Shown: piece after piece, positions 58,228 through 64,000 of the stretch
How positions within the stretch are numbered: position 1 is the stretch's first letter
How the letters are laid out: each line of letters starts with the position of its first letter
NCBI RefSeq assembly: GCF_009914755.1
Contig: NC_060935.1
Length of the DNA: 64,000 nt
Direction: 5' to 3' (one strand)
Source of the DNA: the human T2T-CHM13v2.0 reference genome, Homo sapiens
Program-made: the position numbers and the translations under genes
The notes under the pieces: model-generated
The model's input: only the letters and a program-made list of their open reading frames with translations
What the model was told of the DNA's origin: nothing
Databases searched by the model: none

Positions 58228-58345
58228 CCTTCGTTCGTTCGTTCATTCATTCATTCATTCATTCAATGAATTGCTACAGTCCAGATGCTGTTCTAGGCTC
58301 TGGTGATACAATAGTGACTGATGCACATGTGGGACCTGCTGGTGT
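58228..58345 (-). mobile_element. L2 3' end with a (TTCG)n(TTCA)n tail
   Basis: ttcgttcgttcgttcattcattc...ccagatgctgttctaggctctggtgataca. Confidence 0.7.
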
Positions 58346-58707
58346 CAGATGCTGAGTGAACCCACGTGGAGGGTGTGAGGAAGGGATACAAGTGCCAGGG
58401 AGGGGCTTGCAGAAAGAAGGGTGGACCAGATGTCTTCCAGGGCCTCTTCCTAGGCACTGCCGTGTTGGAGCTGCCCGATTCGTAAATCGCTGCTTGCTCA
58501 CATCAATTCTTTAAAATTTTATTGTGCCTCAGCTGACTTTATAAACAATGCCCATCCACAGATGAATGAGTCAACAGTTGTGGTCTACCCACACCATTGG
58601 ATATGATTCGGCCACAAAAAGGACCGCAGCTTTGACATGCCGGGGCGTGGGGGATGCTCAGCGACTTCATGCCAAACACGAAAGATCGCGTTACGTGAGT
58701 CCACACA

Positions 58708-58936
58708 CGGTTGCCCTCGGTGCACTCTGGAGATCGGTCCCAGGACCCCAGCACAGACCCAAATCCAAGAATATTCAAAAGTCACACAGTTGGCCCTGAG
58801 GAACCCACGTATATGAAAAGCCAGCCTCCTTTCTACGTGGGGTGGGTTCTGCATTCCACGAATACTGTATTTTTGACCCATGTTTGGTTGGAAAAAATCT
58901 GCATGAAGTCAACCCAAGGAGCTTGAGTATCAACAG
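58708..58936 (+). mobile_element. MER8 (TcMar-Tigger) non-autonomous DNA transposon
   Basis: cggttgccctcgg...tcccaggacccc...gttggccctgaggaacccacgtatatgaaaag...gaatactgtatttttgacccatgtttggttg...tcaacag then TA. Confidence 0.85.
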
Positions 58937-59138
58937 TATATGAAAAGCCTGGAATAGACACACTTTTAGAGGAGAAGTAGCTTGGTGGTTGCCAGGCTGA
59001 GGGCGGGCAGGGGCAATGGGGCTCAGGTGCTTACTGGGTCCAGGGTTTCATTCTAAGGTGAGGAAAATGACTGGGAACTGGATAAAAGTTGTGGTGGAAC
59101 AACACCGTGAACCTCGAAATGTCACTGATTATACACAC

Positions 59139-59312
59139 TGAGTGAATGAATGGAGTGAAGAGTGAGCTAATGGGCATTCGTTGCCCATCACCTAAGCAAC
59201 AGTGGCTGCGTCTGCCCTTTCGCTATGGCCCAAGGCAGCTGCGGATTCCCACCCATGCTCCTCCAGCCCTGCAGCCCATGCCCCTCTGCATGCACCTTCA
59301 GGGACCCCATGT
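59139..59312 (+). repeat. Composite dispersed duplication: copy of 58039-58079 joined to a copy of 57119-57247
   Basis: Direct comparison: 41 bp with 2 mismatches, then gtt, then 130 bp with 5 substitutions and 1 indel. Confidence 0.95.
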
Positions 59313-59710
59313 TCGTGGTTCATTTTACCTCAGTAAAATTTCAAAAAAAGTGACCCTGAACAAATGATGAGAGAAGGGCTTCAGGGCCGGGAGCCGGGAG
59401 CCGGGTCTCTCTGAGCCCATTTCCTGGCAGGCTTCACATCTGGGTGGGCCTCATTCTTCCTCATTCCCCAAGGTGGTTTCTGCAGCCTGCAGGGCCCCCC
59501 ACCTCTCAGCCCTCACCTGCCAATGGGCCCAAGGCTTGCTCTCTGCCAGGGTACAGGAAAAACCCAGGCTGGCCCCTCACATCGGCCACCGGATGGAGTG
59601 GGGGGTGGCCCTCCAGGCAGCTTTGGCCAGGAGGGCAGTTTGAAGGGTGCAGCCCGGCCGTCCACCCCGACCCCCTCTCAGGAAGCCCCGGTGCCAGTGC
59701 CACCCTCCAC

Positions 59711-59773
59711 GCGCCCCCTCGCAGCCAGCCGAGGCCGCTGCGTTTGTTAAAAATACGCAGCACCATCTGCAGC
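59711..59773 (-). promoter_or_regulatory. Two candidate CTCF motifs in the same orientation
   Basis: Reverse complements CTGCGAGGGGGCGC (59711-59724) and GCTGCAGATGGTGC (59760-59773); motif only. Confidence 0.35.
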
Positions 59774-60032
59774 AACTTGGAATTTAATAAATTTATTTAT
59801 AAAGCGACTGAGGCTTCTTTTAAAGTCGAGTTTTTATCCCTGAGATGAGGCTCCTGAGGCCTATGAGGCTCAACCAGCTTGGCTCACTCTCTCTGAAAAC
59901 CACACGCTGGCCCAGACAACCCTCTGCGAAGGCGACGGTGAACTGTGGCCTGGAGCCCAGCCTACAGCCCCTGTCACAGGAGAGGTGAGGGAAAGTTGAG
60001 AACCACAGGGCTTCCACGGCTCAGGTTCCCCT

Positions 60033-60598
60033 GGACCGTGTTGAATGGCATCTGCCCAAAATTCGTGTCTACCCACAAGGGGCTTGCCAGCCCTTCCCCA
60101 GCTGCTGGGAGGCCCCACCGCCCCGGGTAGCGGGGGAAGATTGAGGCTCACCCAGAAGTGGACTTCACCAGGAAATGACTCAGAGAGACCCAGCTCCCAG
60201 CCACAAAACCCTTCTCTCAAACTGCGGATTGTGGCCTGATTTGGACACGGGGTCTTTGCAGATTTAGTTAAGGTAAGGTCATGCTGGATTAGGGTAGGAC
60301 TTTATTCCAGCGACTGGTGTCCTTGTGAGAGAAAACAGAGCGGGGTTTCAGTCGCAAACACAGAGGAGAACATCGTGAGGATGAAGCAGAGATTGCGGTG
60401 ACCACCTCCACGCCAAGGCATCAGGGGCACCTCGCCAGGATACGGGAAAGGCAAGAAGGCCCCTCCCCAAGAGCCTCCAGAGGGAGTCCACCCAGCTGAC
60501 ACCTTGGTTTCAGAATTCTGGCCTCTAGAGCTGCAGGAGGATCAATCTCTGCGGTGCTGAGCTGTCCTGCGTGTGGTGATTTGTTTGGCAGCCCAGGC
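60033..60598 (+). mobile_element. MLT1C-like solo LTR with about 150 bp of foreign insert
   Basis: gttgaatggcatctgcccaaaattcgtgtctaccc ... atttggacacggggtctttgcagat...ccagctgacaccttggtttcagaattctggcctctagagctg. Confidence 0.8.
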
Positions 60599-61331
60599 GA
60601 GCCCCCTTCCCCGCCTGCTCTGTGGGGCACCTGGGCCAGGGCTGGGCCAGAGCCCGGACGCTTCCCAGTGCCATGGTGCCTCCTGCTGACTTCAATTCCC
60701 ACAGGCAGACCTGGCGCCTGGGAACCAAGAGGGGAGGGGCATGGGCACCAGTTCCGGAAGGAGCCACAGGCACCAGGCAGAGAAACTGTCCAGGGTATTT
60801 CCAAGGGACAGGCCAGGGTGGGTGGGGCAAAGGGAAAGAGCTCTGAGGACCCCCTACCCGGGTTCTAGGGTTCTGGGGTTGGAAGGGGCATCAGGGTCCT
60901 GGTCTGGGACCCACCCCCACCAGGCCTTGCTATGCCAAGAGGACTGCAGGACTTTCCTGAAGTAGAAACCACTGAGGGCAGAATCCTGATGCGGGGGGGC
61001 GGCAGGCCCAGCAGGGCAACTGCCAGGACAGCAGGGCCAGTGCAGCGCAGGGACTGGTGGCTGCCCCTTCCCTCAGGCCTTCCTTCCTTCCTGCCTTCCC
61101 TGGGCTGCTGCAAGGCTCACCTTCTAGACCACAACAGTCCACTCTCTCCGGGGTCACAGGCACTTTGGTGGGGTACACTCAGGGGCTGTCTGGAGCTGTG
61201 CTCTCCCCCAGTGTGAGGAATCATCGAGGCTTCTCGGAGGAGGAGAGAACAGAGGACAGTGCGTCGGGCTGTGGCACAACATGGGCACAGGCTTGGAGGC
61301 AAGGGGCCTTTCCCATGACTGAGGTCTCCTA

Positions 61332-61502
61332 TGGTCTATATCTATTTTGCAAGCGCAGACATCCTCAGATCCTATGAACAAAGCTGCATACTTGTGCACC
61401 GGTGCTCGGGGGTGACTGGTCTATATCTGTTTTGCAAGCGCAGACATCCTCAGACCCTATGAACAAAGCTGAATAATTGTGCACCGGTGCTCAGGGGGTG
61501 AC
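61332..61502. repeat. Tandem duplication, 2 x 85-86 bp
   Basis: tggtctatatctRttttgcaagcgcagacatcctcagaYcctatgaacaaagctg...tgtgcaccggtgctc(a)gggggtgac occurs twice. Confidence 0.95.
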
Positions 61503-61864
61503 TGTTCCCTCCAGACTCAGGGGCGCAGCAGCACAGAGGAGCAGGTTTCGCACAAAATGGGCACAAGGTCACTGAGCCCATGATTACTCCTGGCACTCAT
61601 GCCAGGCTCAGCACCCGCCGCCAGGGGAAACTCCTCCCTGTCCCTCATTCTCTCTCCACCCACTGCCCCCCGCCTTTGAGCTACTCCCTTCCACTACCCA
61701 GGCACCCCATAATAACTGTGGAGATGCCAAGAAGCAGCAAGTACTTAGTAGACACAGGAAACCTGGAGGAGCCCTGGGAAGGGGTTGCCTCTTTGCCACA
61801 CCATGGATTCGGGGCTCACAGGGAAAGCCCCCTGAGAGGCGGCCAGTGGAGCTGGCGGCGGTAA

Positions 61865-61925
61865 GATAAGAGGGTAGAGAGGATAGAGAGGGTAGAGAGG
61901 ATAGAGAGGGTAGAGAGGATAAGAG
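61865..61925. repeat. Purine-rich tandem repeat, 18-bp unit gagggtagagaggataga, about 3 copies
   Basis: Directly visible. Confidence 0.9.
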
Positions 61926-61936
61926 ATTTTTCTTTA

Positions 61937-62326
<390 letters not shown>

Positions 62327-62749
62327 TCAGACCCCACCTGAGATGCAACCCCTGAGAGAGGCCTTGCGGGCACCCCTGCACCAACCAAGTCTGACAGCAG
62401 CTCCTGGAAGCTGTGCTTCGTCTCTGCACAGCACACAGGGCAATGCTGTCCGCTAACTGCCCCTCTGGACACTCAGGGGTGGAGTGGGCTGCAGAACTCT
62501 GGCCATGCGCTGGAGTCCAGAGCCAGCAGGGGAACGTGCCGTAGACAGGGTCCCATAGAGGGGCAGATGGAGCCCGTTTGCAGCTGCAGGCGATGGGGCG
62601 GGACGAATGACTGAGGTCATTTGTCGAATGACCTCAGGGCCACACAAGTTGGGCTGGAGAGAAGGGTATTGGAAGGTGGAGAAGAATAGAGGAAGAGGCT
62701 GGAAATGGAGGCTTGGCAGGGAGCCCTTGACTATCTGGGAAGGAGCTGA

Positions 62750-63730
62750 AAATGGATCTGAAGTTAGCACAAATGACACAAGAAAAAATAAAAACTCGAA
62801 GAGTTCTGTAACCTTGAAAGAGATTGAACCAGAAGTTGCAAATCCTTTCATAAAGAAAACATGAGGCCCAGATGGCTTTCTGAGCAGGGTCAAGCCATCG
62901 CAGAAGGAACACATAATTCTAACCCGAACAATGTCTTCTGGAGAAAAAGAGAGAACACTCCCCAGCTTCTTGGGAGACTGGCAAGAGCTTGACTCCGGTT
63001 GGAAAAGAATGGCCTCAGAAAGGAAAATTACAGACAAATCTCACTCATGACCTTGGATGCAAAAATCCTAAACACAATATTAGCAAATGGAACTTGGCAA
63101 CATATTAAAAAGATTACTACATCATGACAAGTCGGGTTTATCTTAGGAAGCTAAGACTGATCTAACAGAAACATCAATTAATACAATTCATTAGCAAAGA
63201 AAAGCCATGTAATTTTTGCAAGTGATACAAAAAAGGACTTGAGGAAATTAATTATCCGCTTGCAATTAAATAAAAATCTCTTGCACACTAGGAAAAGAAT
63301 AAAATACTTTAACCTGATAAGCTGCATGTCAAAAAAAAAAAAAAAAAGACTAGAGTCAACAGAAATTTTGAAAGCTTTTTTTTTTTTAAAGATCAAGAAC
63401 AAAGCAGGTATTCCCACTATTCCCACTTCTATTCAGCATTTTATTGCAGGTCCTAGCTAGTGGAGAAAAAAAGAGAAAGGAAGAAAAAAGATAATCAGTC
63501 GATAAAAGATGAGAATTAATAAGAGAATTCAGCAAAGTGGCTGGATAAAATAAAAATCAATATACCAAAGCCAGCCATATTTCTACATTTCAGCAAGAAT
63601 CAGCAAATGCAATTCTGAAAAATATATCATGAAGTGACATCAGTGAAACTACCTAGGAATAAATCTAAAAAAGGTTTTGCAGAAGCTCTTTGTGGAGATA
63701 CTTAAAAAACCAGTTTGAAAGAGAAATGTA
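62750..63730 (+). mobile_element. Decayed L1M ORF2 (reverse transcriptase region)
   Basis: ggcccagatggcttt (GPDGF) and aaggaaaattacagacaaatctcactcatgacc..gatgcaaaaatcctaaacacaatattagcaaat (KENYR.ISLM..DAKILN.ILAN). Confidence 0.85.
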
Positions 63731-64000
63731 GGCAGGGCGCAGTGGCTCACGTCTGTAATCCCAGCACTTTGGGAGGCCGAGGCGGGCGGATCATGAGGTC
63801 AGGAGATCGAGACCATCCTGGCTAACACGGTGAAACCCCGTCTCTACTAAAAATACAGAAAATTAGCCGGGCGAGGTGGCGGGCGCCTGTAGTCCCAGCT
63901 ACTCGGGAGGCTGAGGCAGGAGAATGGCGTGAACCCCAGGGGGCGGAGCCTGCAGTGAGCCGAGATTGCGCCACTGCACTCCAGCCTGGGCGACAGCGAG
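63731..64000 (+). mobile_element. Young AluY, AluYe5-like (runs off the window end)
   Basis: gggcgAggtggcgggcgcc, gaacccc.ggggg.cggagcCtgcag and gacagcgag (2-nt deletion) match the remembered AluYe5 diagnostics; most CpGs intact. Confidence 0.8.

Larger units (their letters stand above)
58540..59350 (+). mobile_element. L1MB-like 3' region, interrupted by MER8 and by a templated insertion
   Basis: aatgcccatccacagatgaatg...gtggttgccagg...ttactgggtccagggtttcattctaaggtgaggaaaatg...attttacctcagtaaaa. Confidence 0.8.

Overview
This is primate (human-like) GC-rich non-coding DNA. I find no supportable protein-coding exon, RNA gene or CRISPR array. The long ORFs in the track are explained by GC-rich chance frames, Alu frames, a (TCCA)n repeat and two decayed Tigger1 transposase copies. 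The window holds about 28 Alu pieces (AluJ, AluS, AluY, one AluYe5-like), ten MLT1 (MaLR) solo LTRs, THE1C, two MER21, MER31, MER74 and an LTR16/33-like LTR. It also holds old L1M fragments, L2/MIR remnants, MER20/MER8/MER5 DNA transposons, two Tigger1 copies and several short tandem duplications. I did not find a new multi-gene system. The most interesting signals are: (i) a two-piece templated insertion copied from 1.1 and 2.1 kb upstream into an L1 3' end; (ii) an AT-rich unique block with clustered TCF/LEF and homeodomain motifs, a candidate developmental enhancer; (iii) an old L1 segment with strong A/T-to-G/C and CpG gain next to a G-rich minisatellite; (iv) a 35-bp TSD-flanked, A-tailed micro-retroinsertion in Tigger1; (v) DUX4- and CTCF-type motifs. 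Family calls rest on remembered consensus similarity, not a RepeatMasker run. Boundaries of old elements are approximate, and I could not identify the chromosomal locus.
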